A stretch of DNA of 64,000 nucleotides from Sulfurimonas sp. (GTDB taxonomy: Bacteria; Campylobacterota; Campylobacteria; Campylobacterales; Sulfurimonadaceae): positions 62,343-126,342 of the forward strand of contig NZ_JAHYJB010000002.1 of the NCBI RefSeq assembly GCF_019429335.1, read 5' to 3'. A program made the translations under genes and the position numbers. Within the stretch, counting starts at the first letter, position 1. Each line of letters opens with the position of its first letter. The notes under the pieces were generated by a model that was not told the DNA's origin, did no database searches, and saw only the letters and a program-made list of their open reading frames with translations. Positions 20,073 to 29,471 of the stretch are shown here, piece after piece.

Positions 20073-20180
20073 GACACTAGTGTCGCGGGCTTCCTGCCGA
20101 AGGAAACCTAGCGTTAGCGTAGGTAGCGGAATTACTTCCGATACCGTGATAAAATAAATGAAGGGAACCCTTCATTTTTA
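20073..20180. repeat. Multi-hairpin (cloverleaf-like) element in the ribH-nusB spacer
   Basis: Palindrome gacactagtgtc; outer stem tcgcgg/ccgtga enclosing ttcct/aggaa, accta/taggt and cggaa/ttccg arms; then aaatgaaggg-aa-cccttcattt. Confidence 0.55.
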
Positions 20181-20199
20181 CGAAATAAAATAAGGAAAA

Positions 20200-20601
20200 A
20201 TGATGGCCACTAGACATCAAGCCAGAATGGCAGTTGTAAGCCTGTTGTACGCATTTGATTTGGGCAACGGAAACATTGCAGAGCATACGGATGAGATTTT
20301 AGAAGAGAAGAAGATTCGCAACAAGCAAAAAGATTTCGCACTTACGCTCTATGAGGGTGTTATGAAAAATATAGAGCCGGTTGACGTGGCAATAGTTAAA
20401 CATCTGAAAGATTGGGATTTTGAGAGACTTGGAGCTATAGAAAGAGCAACGCTCAGACTTGCAACTTATGAGATACTTTACGGCGAACTAGACTCTGCGG
20501 TGGTTATAAATGAAGCGGTTGAGATAACAAAAGCATTTGGAACAGAACAATCTCCTAAGTTTATAAACGGTGTTCTTGACGCAATTTCAAAAGATAAATA
20601 A
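20200..20601 (+). CDS. nusB: Transcription antitermination factor NusB
   Basis: ATRHQAR, IERATLRLATYE, VINEAVEITKAFG, FINGVLD. Confidence 0.96.
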   Translation: MMATRHQARMAVVSLLYAFDLGNGNIAEHTDEILEEKKIRNKQKDFALTLYEGVMKNIEPVDVAIVKHLKDWDFERLGAIERATLRLATYEILYGELDSAVVINEAVEITKAFGTEQSPKFINGVLDAISKDK

Positions 20602-20647
20602 CTGACCTTACGCACTTTTGCAAAAAAGTTCGTAAATACCTCTAATT

Positions 20648-20744
20648 TTCTCGAAAAGTACCCTTTTCGTAGCTTTAGGGGGTTGTAGGGACATTTGTCC
20701 CTGCCACTAAAACGGACGAGTTCGTTTTAGTGCGTAACATCAGT
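20648..20744 (+). repeat. Structured three-hairpin interspersed element, copy 2 (downstream of nusB)
   Basis: Direct-orientation homolog of 18700..18797, with compensatory stem changes and altered loops. Confidence 0.85.
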
Positions 20745-20824
20745 AAATAATTCTACCTCCTCAGAGGTAAGCTTCAGTGCCTAAGCGGCTAGCGTAGCAA
20801 ATTTGGGCTTAGCTCAAATTGCGT

Positions 20825-22469
20825 TCAAAAATAGAGTCTAATAGTAAAAACGGCTCCCTCTTGGGAGTTTTTTACACTTAGTTTCCCTCCCATTTTATCC
20901 TCAATAATCGTTTTTGCCAGATAGAGCCCGATGCCCGTTCCCTTGTCTTTTTTTGTGCTAAAGTAGGGGTCCAAATATCTTCTCTTTTAGTTCATCTTCT
21001 ATACCCAGAGCATTGTCGCAAACTTCAATAATGATGCTGCCGTTCTCTTCTCTTATGTTGATGTTGATTTTGCCATCTTGCACAGCTCTCTCCTCTATAG
21101 CGTCTTTGGCGTTGACGATGAGATTGAGCAGGACTTGAGAAAACTCATTTTTATTTGCAAAGAGAGCAGTTTTTTGCGAAGAGTTGATGGATAGTTTGAT
21201 GTTTGAGTGTCTTATGGGTTCACCGATGATATTTAAAACACTTTGCAGTGCATCTTCTATAAAAAACTCGGTTTTACTTGCATCATTTTTATAAAAATCT
21301 CTAAAGTTATCGACGGTGTTTGACATAAACTCTATTTGAGAAAGTGCGCTTTGCATGGAGTCGTTAAACATCTTATCGCTCATTTTTTCTTTTGTTTTAA
21401 ATGCTTTAAGGTTTTGAAGTATAAGAGAGACTCTTGTGAGCGGTTGCCTCCATTGATGGGCAATGTTTGCCACCATCTCTCCGAGTTCTGCAAGTTTGCT
21501 TTGGTTTTGAAGCAGTGTGTCGAGTCTTTGGGCTTGAAGTGCTACAAGATCAAATATATTTTTGAGTGCTTTTGTAAAGATAACGGTAAAGAGAAGTGCC
21601 ATAATGACGGCAAAAAGAAGGATAACGCCTATCATTTTATTGTTATAGTTTTTTGTTTTTTGCAGCGTTGCTTCATTTTCAACTAATAGCATATCTACTT
21701 TGTGCACCCCTACAAAAAGCGGCTGCAAAAGATGTTTTTTCTCTTTTGCTTCATCTTTTATGTCAGCTTTTGTCCACTCAAGCTCTTTTTCATGGTGCTT
21801 GATAAAGTAGCCCTCTTCGTTTACCAAAGAGATATCATAAAGTGTGGAGCTTATTATATTTTGTAAAAAGGCATCCATAAAAACATTTATGATCAGAATT
21901 CCTTTAAATTTTTCTTTAATGTAGACAGGCGTAGCAAACCGAATCACTGATTTATGCGGAATTTCAACCTTTTCATGTTCTACATTGAGGTCGATATTTG
22001 AGATAAAAACCTCATTTTGCTCCATTTTGGAGATCTCTTGAAAATAGTCTCTCTGTGCCTTGTCTTGCAGACTTTGCGTTTTTTTGATTTTTTGCGACTC
22101 TCTGTCTCTCTCAAACCTCAAAAGCTCCAAACCATTTTTATCTATATAACGCATCTGCATGTAATCTTTGTTCGCTTCCATAAGCGTTAAAAAGAGCAGA
22201 TCTACAAAATAGTTCTCTTTTGCTTTAAACGTAAAATCTAAAAACTGCTCATTTTGCGAAACGGCGAGTAGCGCATCTTTTTTCATCTTTATATGTGCAT
22301 CAAACTTCTCTTTTTTCTCACCGCTTTGAAGCTTTGCCTCTTTTAAAAACTGCTGTGTTTGCTGCTCTTTTGAAAAATAGAGATGCACAACGGCGATAGA
22401 GAGGATTAGGATAAGCGTAAAGATGATGTAGGAGAAAAAAAGCTTGATACCAAATTTTAGTTTATTCAT
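20825..22469 (-). pseudogene. Sensor histidine kinase (Cache-like periplasmic domain, HisKA, HATPase) with a +1 frameshift near the 3' end
   Basis: H-box NIAHQWRQPL; N-box QVLLNLIVNAKDA. The ORF stops at IFGPLL*. Removing one G at 20971-20972 restores [50 protein letters not shown] ending at 20825. Confidence 0.85.
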
Positions 22470-23118
22470 AGCTGCTTATCTTGTACCCTGCATTTCTTAC
22501 ATTGAGTATGAAGTTTTCTTGCAGTTTAGCGCGCAACTTTTTTATCTGCGTTCTTAGTGTGTTGTCCTGCACCTCTTTGTTGTCCCAAATGTAATCTTTT
22601 AAAATATCGGTGGTTATAATTTGGTTGATGTTTTTACTTAAAATATAAAGAAGTTTTTTTTCATGTCCGGTTAAATCAACTACTTCATCTTTGTAAAAAA
22701 GCCCCATAGTGCTAAGATTAAAATGATAATTCTCGCTGATTTTTACACTGTTTTTCGCCGTATCTTGATAAAGAATCTGACTGATTCTAAGCTCCAACTC
22801 TTCAAGCAAAAAAGGCTTTCTTACATAGTCGCTGCACCCTAAATCATACCCTCTTTTGACATGTTCTATATCACTTTGGGCAGTTATGTAGATTGCGGGA
22901 GTCATTATGTTTTCTTTGCGAATCTCTCTAAGCGTCTCAAAACCGTTTTTTTTAGGCGTGTTAATGTCGAGCAAAAATATGTCGTAGTTTTGCAAGAGAG
23001 CGTTATCTAAAAGCGCTTCCCCATCATGAAAATAGTCAACCTGATGGTCATTTAACTCAAAATAGTTTTGTATCTCTTTGCAGATAAATTCGTCGTCTTC
23101 TAAAAGCAGTATTTTCAT
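22462..23118 (-). CDS. OmpR/PhoB-family response regulator
   Basis: KILLLEDD, FLLDINTP (phospho-Asp), DYVRKPF, winged-helix end TLRTQIKKLRAKL...RNAGYKI. Confidence 0.93.
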   Translation of the reverse strand: MKILLLEDDEFICKEIQNYFELNDHQVDYFHDGEALLDNALLQNYDIFLLDINTPKKNGFETLREIRKENIMTPAIYITAQSDIEHVKRGYDLGCSDYVRKPFLLEELELRISQILYQDTAKNSVKISENYHFNLSTMGLFYKDEVVDLTGHEKKLLYILSKNINQIITTDILKDYIWDNKEVQDNTLRTQIKKLRAKLQENFILNVRNAGYKISSYE

Positions 23119-23135
23119 CTTTACCTAATCTCTCA

Positions 23136-23172
23136 GCACTTTAGCGGCACTTTTGTCTATTATCATTATAAT
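23136..23172 (+). promoter_or_regulatory. Divergent promoter with a GCACTTT-N4-GCACTTT direct-repeat operator
   Basis: gcacttt at 23136-23142 and 23147-23153 (11-bp period); ATTATAAT at 23165-23172 gives TATAAT on both strands. Confidence 0.65.
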
Positions 23173-23197
23173 GTAATCTCAAATGCAGGAGTAATTT

Positions 23198-25204
23198 ATG
23201 AAAATTATAACACTTATTTTCTTTTTATCTTTTTTTGTTCTCTTTAGGGAGTCGGCAACAGCTTCAAACAGCTTGGCTAAAGAGACATCGCCATACCTTT
23301 TACAGCATAAGGACAACCCAGTCGATTGGCAACCTTGGGGCGAAGAGGCATTTCTTAGGGCAAAAAAAGAGAACAAACTTATCTTTCTCTCTATCGGCTA
23401 CTCTACATGTCACTGGTGTCATGTGATGGCGCATGAGAGTTTTGAAAATGAGCATTTCGCAAAACTGCTCAACAAATATTTTATAAGCATAAAAGTGGAC
23501 AGAGAGGAGCTTCCGCATATAGACAGTTTTTATCAAAAGGTCTATGCAACTATGAACTCCAGAGGCGGCGGCTGGCCTTTGACGATTATGATGACGGCTG
23601 ATAAAAAGCCCTTTTTTAGCGGAACTTATGTTCCTTTGTCCGCAGGTTACGGTTCTCGTGGTTTAGTGGATATTATAAACAGCGTTTCAACAATCTCTCA
23701 TCAAAAATTAGCCCAGATGGGCGAAAAAGTGCTTTTGTCGGTTGAGCAGAGCCAAAAGTTTTCAAATCACAAAGCCCAGCTTATGTCAGGTCTTGCAAAC
23801 AAAACTATCAGCGACTTTAAATCATATTACGACTTTAATAACAGCGGTTTTTCAAATCGACCGAAATTTCCCGAGGCTTCAAAAATCATACTGCTTCTGA
23901 AACTTTACGAGATAACAAAAAACAAAGAGAGTCTTGACATGTCGCTTAGCGCGTTGGACGCTATGGCAAAAGGCGGGATTTACGATCAGATAGAGGGCGG
24001 TTTTTACAGATATACGGTCGATGAGAAGTGGCAGATTCCCCATTTTGAGAAGATGCTCTACACAAACGGAGAACTTCTTGAAGCCTACTCTTTGGCATAC
24101 AAACATACTAAAAACCCGCTCTATAAAAAAATCATAGATGAGACAATCGCCCAAATGGATAAAAGATTTCAAATCGGCGGCGTCTACATGAGCGCAAGCA
24201 ATGCCGATAGCAAAAACCGCGAAGGAAAAAATGAGGAAGGATTTTACTTTGTCTATGAGCACGACGAAGCGTTTGAGTATCTCAAAAAAAGAGGTTTAAA
24301 AGAGTCGGTGATAAACGCTGCACTTGGGTATCTGGGAATAACGGAAGATGGAAACTTTGAGGGGCACTTGAGCAATCCGCATATCACGGCAGATGTCGCG
24401 CCAAAAGCTCTTCAAAGGGCAAAAGAGCTGCTTTTGGAGATGCGCAAAACAAGAGAGTATGCTTTTGTGGCCAATAAGATAAACACCGCTTGGAACGCAC
24501 TCTACATCAAAGGGAAGTTTAAAGCCGCAATAGCGGATAAAAAGTACGTCATGCAAGCAAAAAAATCTCTTGATGCGCTGCTTGAAAAGATGTATGTAGA
24601 TAGTGAACTTTATCATCAGAGTGTTCCAAATGTAAAACCTACGCAAAAGGCTCTGCTTGAGGATTATGCTTTTTTGACAAGCGCTCTTTTTGAGGTGTAT
24701 CAGGCGACTTTGGAGCAGAGATATTTTGAGCTCTACAAAGAGATTGCTGAAAAAAGTATAACACTCTTTTATAGAGAGGGCAGATGGTTGGAGTCAAACG
24801 ACGGCTTTGTAACATACGCAGACATAAGCGAAAGAGCCTACGCAAGTGCGTTGGCACAGCAAAGTATCAACCTTTTAAATTACGCCACCGTTTTGGCTGA
24901 TATGAAAAAGTTTGCGATGGCAAAAGAGATAGTAGATAATTTTGCAAAATCGATAAACGCAAACCCCTCAAGTTATCCGACCGCCACGCTAGCATCTCTT
25001 ATGTTTGAATATGAGCCCATCTTTATAAAATCAACAAAGAGTAATTTGGATAGTTTTGATGCAAACGACATAAAGTACCCCTTTGTTTACAGGTATGTTT
25101 ATGATGCAGATGAGTATCTGGCATGCAAGATAAACAGCTGTTTTAGTTACGGTGCAGAGTTTGAAAAAGTGAAAAAAGATATTGAGTCTCTCTTAAAGAG
25201 GTAA
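23198..25204 (+). CDS. YyaL/DUF255 (SPATA20-like) thioredoxin-domain protein with six-hairpin domain and N-terminal signal peptide
   Basis: [74 protein letters not shown]. Confidence 0.92.
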   Translation: MKIITLIFFLSFFVLFRESATASNSLAKETSPYLLQHKDNPVDWQPWGEEAFLRAKKENKLIFLSIGYSTCHWCHVMAHESFENEHFAKLLNKYFISIKVDREELPHIDSFYQKVYATMNSRGGGWPLTIMMTADKKPFFSGTYVPLSAGYGSRGLVDIINSVSTISHQKLAQMGEKVLLSVEQSQKFSNHKAQLMSGLANKTISDFKSYYDFNNSGFSNRPKFPEASKIILLLKLYEITKNKESLDMSLSALDAMAKGGIYDQIEGGFYRYTVDEKWQIPHFEKMLYTNGELLEAYSLAYKHTKNPLYKKIIDETIAQMDKRFQIGGVYMSASNADSKNREGKNEEGFYFVYEHDEAFEYLKKRGLKESVINAALGYLGITEDGNFEGHLSNPHITADVAPKALQRAKELLLEMRKTREYAFVANKINTAWNALYIKGKFKAAIADKKYVMQAKKSLDALLEKMYVDSELYHQSVPNVKPTQKALLEDYAFLTSALFEVYQATLEQRYFELYKEIAEKSITLFYREGRWLESNDGFVTYADISERAYASALAQQSINLLNYATVLADMKKFAMAKEIVDNFAKSINANPSSYPTATLASLMFEYEPIFIKSTKSNLDSFDANDIKYPFVYRYVYDADEYLACKINSCFSYGAEFEKVKKDIESLLKR

Positions 25205-25206
25205 AA

Positions 25207-25251
25207 GCACTTTGTAGGCACTTTAGACATGTACTATTGCTTAACTATAAT
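25207..25251 (+). promoter_or_regulatory. Second GCACTTT-N4-GCACTTT operator and -10 upstream of the RND operon
   Basis: gcacttt at 25207-25213 and 25218-25224; TATAAT at 25246-25251; AAAGGA RBS before ATG 25268. Confidence 0.62.
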
Positions 25252-25267
25252 AGTTAAAGGAATAATT

Positions 25268-28200
25268 ATGCTAGATTTAGCTTTTAAAAACAAACATCTT
25301 ATTGTTGTTTTGTCACTGCTTATCGCAGTTATTAGCGTTATTGTCACAGCGCGGCTTCCCGTGGATATTTTACCAAGCTACAATACCCCCGCGGTTCAGG
25401 TCTTAACGCTTTATCCTGGAATGCCTGCTGAAGTAATGGAAAAAGACATAACAAGTCGTCTTGAGCGCTGGACCGGCCAGTCAAACGGGATTGTAAAACA
25501 AGAAAGCAAAAGTATGATTGGGGTTAGCATTGTTAAAGATTTCTTTAGCGAAAACACAGACCCAAATACAGCCCTTTCGCAGGTTACTTCATTGGCAATG
25601 TCGGACTTGTACTATCTTCCGCCCGGAACCGTTCCTCCGATGGTTATGCCTTATGATCCGACGGCTTCAACTCCTCTGGCGCTGCTAGCGGTTAGCAGTG
25701 AGAGCATGAGCGAGAAAGAGCTTTATGATGTTGCCTATTTTCAATTGCGAAATTTGCTAGGTTCTGTTGATGGAATTATCGCTCCTGCCGTGTATGGAGG
25801 AAAACTTCGCCGAATTTTTATGTATGTCTATCCCCAAAAATTACAGGCATACAATCTCTCTCAAAGCGATGTTTTAAACGCCTTGCAAAAAAACAATGTC
25901 ATGATACCCACGGGCGATGTAAATATTGGAAATATCAACTATAGTGTTAATGCCAATGGAATGCTGCCCAAGGTGGATGATTTTAACGACATGGTTATCA
26001 AAATAGGCTCAAACGGCGCACCTATATTTCTCAAAGATATCGGTTACGCCAAAGATTCCAGCGCTATTCAAACCAATGTTGTTCATATCAACGGCAATCG
26101 GCAAGTTTACATTCCTATTTACAAGCGTACGGGTGCGAACACTATTGCATCCGTAAATGCGGTTAAAGACAAGCTCTCCGATCTTAAAGAGCGTCTGCCT
26201 GCATCCATAAATCTTGATGTCATCCTTGATCAGTCAAGCTATGTACGCAATTCGATTGACGGACTTATCAAAGAGGGCATTATTGGGCTAATGTTAGTCT
26301 CAGCGGCGCTGCTTCTTTTTTTAGGAAATATACGCTCTACCTTTATTGTTGCACTTAGTATTCCGCTCTCGGTAATGTTTGCCTTTATCGGACTCTATTT
26401 TACGGGCGACACTATCAATTCTATCACGCTGGGCGGTATCGCTTTGGTTATCGGATTGCTGGTGGATGACAGTATTGTTGTACTGGAAAATATCGACAAA
26501 CATCTAAAATTGGGCAAAACATCGGCTCAAGCGGCGTATGACGGAGCCAAAGAGGTTGCTCTTCCTGTACTGGTGACAACTTTGACTATTATCATTGTTT
26601 TCTTCCCGATTCTCTTTTTGACCGGTATCTCCAAGTTCTTATTCGCTCCCTTGGCAATCACTGTTTCACTAGTGATGATCGGTTCTCGATTTTTTTCAAT
26701 GACGCTTGTTCCCATCATGGCGGCTGCTTTTTTTAAAGGTTTCGACGAAAAGAAGAAGCCAAAAGGTTTTCTGGGTGCTTTTGAAAAAGGGTTTGAAGCC
26801 CTCACTCATGGCTATGTCCAAACCATGGACGGTGTACTTAAAATGCGATGGCTGATTTTAGGCATGGTTTTAGCACTGTTTCTCCTTTCTTTATTTGGAT
26901 TTCAAAAAATCGGACGAGAGTTATTTCCGCAAATGGATGTAGGTCAAATCTCTATGGATGTACGTATGGAAAGCGGAACAAGGCTTGAGAGTACGGAGAA
27001 GACTATAACAAGCATTGAGAATTTTATTAAAAAAGAGATAGGCGATGATGTAAATCTGATTGTCTCAAACATGGGAGTCCTCAATGACTGGCCCGCAGCA
27101 TACACCTCTAACTCAGGAACGCAAGACAGTACTATATCAGTACAACTCAAAGAGCATCATGCGACCAAAACCGTGGAGTACGTGAAGCGTCTGCGTGTAA
27201 AACTTAAAGAGGAGTTCCCCGGAGTCGGATTTATTTTTAACACAGGCGGGATTATAACGAGTGCACTTAACTTTGGACTTCCATCGCCGATTGATATACA
27301 AATAATAGGCAATGATTTGCATAAGGCTCATGAGATTGCAGTAAGAGTGCGTGAAATTGTTCAAAACATACGAGGCACTGAGGATGTTCGTATCCATCAG
27401 CGTTATGACCATCCGGAAATTAAAGTCGACATTGACAGAACAAAAGCGGCAATGTTGGGAATAAATGCAGACGAGGTTGTTAAAAATACAGTTTCAGCTC
27501 TCAACTCCTCGGTCAATTTTAAGCCATCGTTTTGGATAGATGAAAAAAACGGTAATCACTATTATGTCGGAGTTACTTACCCTGAAATAGAGTTAGATGA
27601 CCCAAAATCTGTTGAGAACATTACCATGATGGGAACAAACGGAAAAATAACACAGCTTAAAAATATTGCAACGACATCTCTTACATCGGCTCCTATTGAG
27701 ATTAATCATCTCGATTTGCAACGCGTTACAGATGTGTATGCTAATGTTGAGGGAAGAGACATCGGCTCAGTTGCAACCGAAGTAGAGCAGGAGCTCCAAG
27801 AGTTGCGCAAAGAGATTCCTGATGGGTATAAAGTAGAGATAAAAGGGGAGATACAAAGCATGAAGGAGAGCTTTAGTAACCTGGGTTTAGGTTTGGTGCT
27901 TGCTGTTTTTCTTGTCTATCTGGTTATTGTTCCGCTGCTGCGCTCATTTACTCTACCGCTAATTATTATCGCAGTTATCCCTTTGGGACTTATCGGTGTT
28001 GTTGCAATGCTCTTGGCAACAGATACTTATCTTAATATACAATCTATGATGGGGATCATTATGATGGTGGGAATTACCGTTGCCTATAGCAATCTGCTCG
28101 TTGATAAAATGAACAATCTTTACAATGAAGGCAAAAATCTGCACGAAGCAATTAAAGAGGGGGTTGCGAACCGCTTCCGCCCTATTATTATGACGGCAAC

Positions 28201-28378
28201 GGTTGCCATCTTGGCTATGGTGCCCATGGCGCTTGGGTACGAAACGGGCGGAGAAGCCAATGTTCCGTTGGCTCGCGCCATCATAGGCGGAGTTGCAGCT
28301 GCAACGGTTTTATCGCTGTTTATTGTGCCTATATTGTTCTTTTTATTTCATAAAAAATCTAATTCTCAAGGAAATTAA
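25268..28378 (+). CDS. RND efflux inner-membrane transporter (AcrB/CzcA superfamily)
   Basis: LPVDILP, GLLVDDSIVVLENI (proton-relay DD), RFRPIIMT; about 1036 aa from ATG 25268. Confidence 0.95.
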   Translation: MLDLAFKNKHLIVVLSLLIAVISVIVTARLPVDILPSYNTPAVQVLTLYPGMPAEVMEKDITSRLERWTGQSNGIVKQESKSMIGVSIVKDFFSENTDPNTALSQVTSLAMSDLYYLPPGTVPPMVMPYDPTASTPLALLAVSSESMSEKELYDVAYFQLRNLLGSVDGIIAPAVYGGKLRRIFMYVYPQKLQAYNLSQSDVLNALQKNNVMIPTGDVNIGNINYSVNANGMLPKVDDFNDMVIKIGSNGAPIFLKDIGYAKDSSAIQTNVVHINGNRQVYIPIYKRTGANTIASVNAVKDKLSDLKERLPASINLDVILDQSSYVRNSIDGLIKEGIIGLMLVSAALLLFLGNIRSTFIVALSIPLSVMFAFIGLYFTGDTINSITLGGIALVIGLLVDDSIVVLENIDKHLKLGKTSAQAAYDGAKEVALPVLVTTLTIIIVFFPILFLTGISKFLFAPLAITVSLVMIGSRFFSMTLVPIMAAAFFKGFDEKKKPKGFLGAFEKGFEALTHGYVQTMDGVLKMRWLILGMVLALFLLSLFGFQKIGRELFPQMDVGQISMDVRMESGTRLESTEKTITSIENFIKKEIGDDVNLIVSNMGVLNDWPAAYTSNSGTQDSTISVQLKEHHATKTVEYVKRLRVKLKEEFPGVGFIFNTGGIITSALNFGLPSPIDIQIIGNDLHKAHEIAVRVREIVQNIRGTEDVRIHQRYDHPEIKVDIDRTKAAMLGINADEVVKNTVSALNSSVNFKPSFWIDEKNGNHYYVGVTYPEIELDDPKSVENITMMGTNGKITQLKNIATTSLTSAPIEINHLDLQRVTDVYANVEGRDIGSVATEVEQELQELRKEIPDGYKVEIKGEIQSMKESFSNLGLGLVLAVFLVYLVIVPLLRSFTLPLIIIAVIPLGLIGVVAMLLATDTYLNIQSMMGIIMMVGITVAYSNLLVDKMNNLYNEGKNLHEAIKEGVANRFRPIIMTATVAILAMVPMALGYETGGEANVPLARAIIGGVAAATVLSLFIVPILFFLFHKKSNSQGN

Positions 28379-28379
28379 C

Positions 28380-29471
28380 ATGAGTTCACTTATAACATTT
28401 TTAACCATTACTATTCTATTTTTCAGTGGATGTACAAACGATGCTGCTCAAAAAGAGGTCGTGAAGACAGAAGAAAAAAGAGTGCCTACGGTTCTTGTCG
28501 CCAATCCTCAAAAACATGAGTTTGATGCCTCTATATCAATTGCAGGGAGTGCAAAACCAAATCAGCAGGTTAAAATATTTGCCATGAGTGACGGGTATCT
28601 CAAACAGACAACCGTTGATATCGGAGATTTTGTCCGTGGGGGAGATGTTGTTGCCGTATTGGACAACCCGGAACTGCTTAGCCAAAGAGCAAAGCTACAG
28701 GCGGAGTTTAACGGTAAAAAAGCACTCTATGAGAGACTTAGAAATGTTTATGAAAAAACGCCGCAACTTACCAGTATTTTTGATGTAGAAAATGCCAAGG
28801 CTGAGTTTGAAAGCCTTAAAGCAGAGCTGAGCGCCGTAGCGGTACAGATTGCTTATCTGAGCGTAAAAGCCCCTTTTTCGGGAGTGATAACTCAGCGTTT
28901 TGTCGACAAAGGGGCTATCATTCAAAATGCACTGAACAACGCAAACAGTGCCGCATTGTTTGAGATTCAAGATATTGATCCGATTCGTTTAAATGTCGAT
29001 GTTCCCGAGAGCGACGCACCGCTCATATATAAAGGGATGATTGCAAATATTGTTTTTCCCGAATTGCCAAATCAAGATTTCAGCGCGAAGGTCTCCCGTA
29101 CCTCTTTTGGCTTGGATGAGGCTACCAAAACCATGAAGGTGCAAATCGATATTTCAAACAAAGAGTTTACGATACGTCCGGGAATGTACGCCAAAGTCAA
29201 CATCTCAATCAACGGGCATAAAGATACACTCTCTGTCTTAAACGAAGCACTCGGCAATATAAAGGGGGAGTCCTTTGTTTACGTGGTTGAGAACCAAAAG
29301 GTTAGAAAAGTAGTCGTCAAAACAGGAATCCGAGACAACAAGTTTACAGAAATTCTAAACGGCGACATAGATGCTGAGGATGCGGTTGTCGTTCAGGGAA
29401 AAGAGTTCTGCTCTGATGGCGCATCGGTTGATGCCAAATCTTTGACAAACAAAAAGGAGCGACCGCTATGA
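28380..29471 (+). CDS. RND periplasmic adaptor (membrane fusion protein), lipoprotein
   Basis: Start MSSLIT at 28380 with AAGGA; lipobox FSGC; VDIGDFV, VKAPFSGVIT, IRPGMYA. Confidence 0.92.
   Translation: MSSLITFLTITILFFSGCTNDAAQKEVVKTEEKRVPTVLVANPQKHEFDASISIAGSAKPNQQVKIFAMSDGYLKQTTVDIGDFVRGGDVVAVLDNPELLSQRAKLQAEFNGKKALYERLRNVYEKTPQLTSIFDVENAKAEFESLKAELSAVAVQIAYLSVKAPFSGVITQRFVDKGAIIQNALNNANSAALFEIQDIDPIRLNVDVPESDAPLIYKGMIANIVFPELPNQDFSAKVSRTSFGLDEATKTMKVQIDISNKEFTIRPGMYAKVNISINGHKDTLSVLNEALGNIKGESFVYVVENQKVRKVVVKTGIRDNKFTEILNGDIDAEDAVVVQGKEFCSDGASVDAKSLTNKKERPL

Noticed and set aside
20083-20149. Cloverleaf as a tRNA gene
   Set aside because: No T-loop GTTCRA, no D-loop GG, no 7-bp acceptor stem or 7-nt anticodon loop.
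18700-20744. Possible CRISPR repeats
   Set aside because: Only two copies, about 98 nt long and 1.9 kb apart with genes between them; no spacer array and no cas genes.
20845-20875. Hairpin ctccc-tctt-gggag-ttttt as an independent terminator or repeat
   Set aside because: It lies inside the frameshifted kinase 3' coding tail (KNSQEGAVF); it may terminate plus-strand read-through but is explained by coding sequence.
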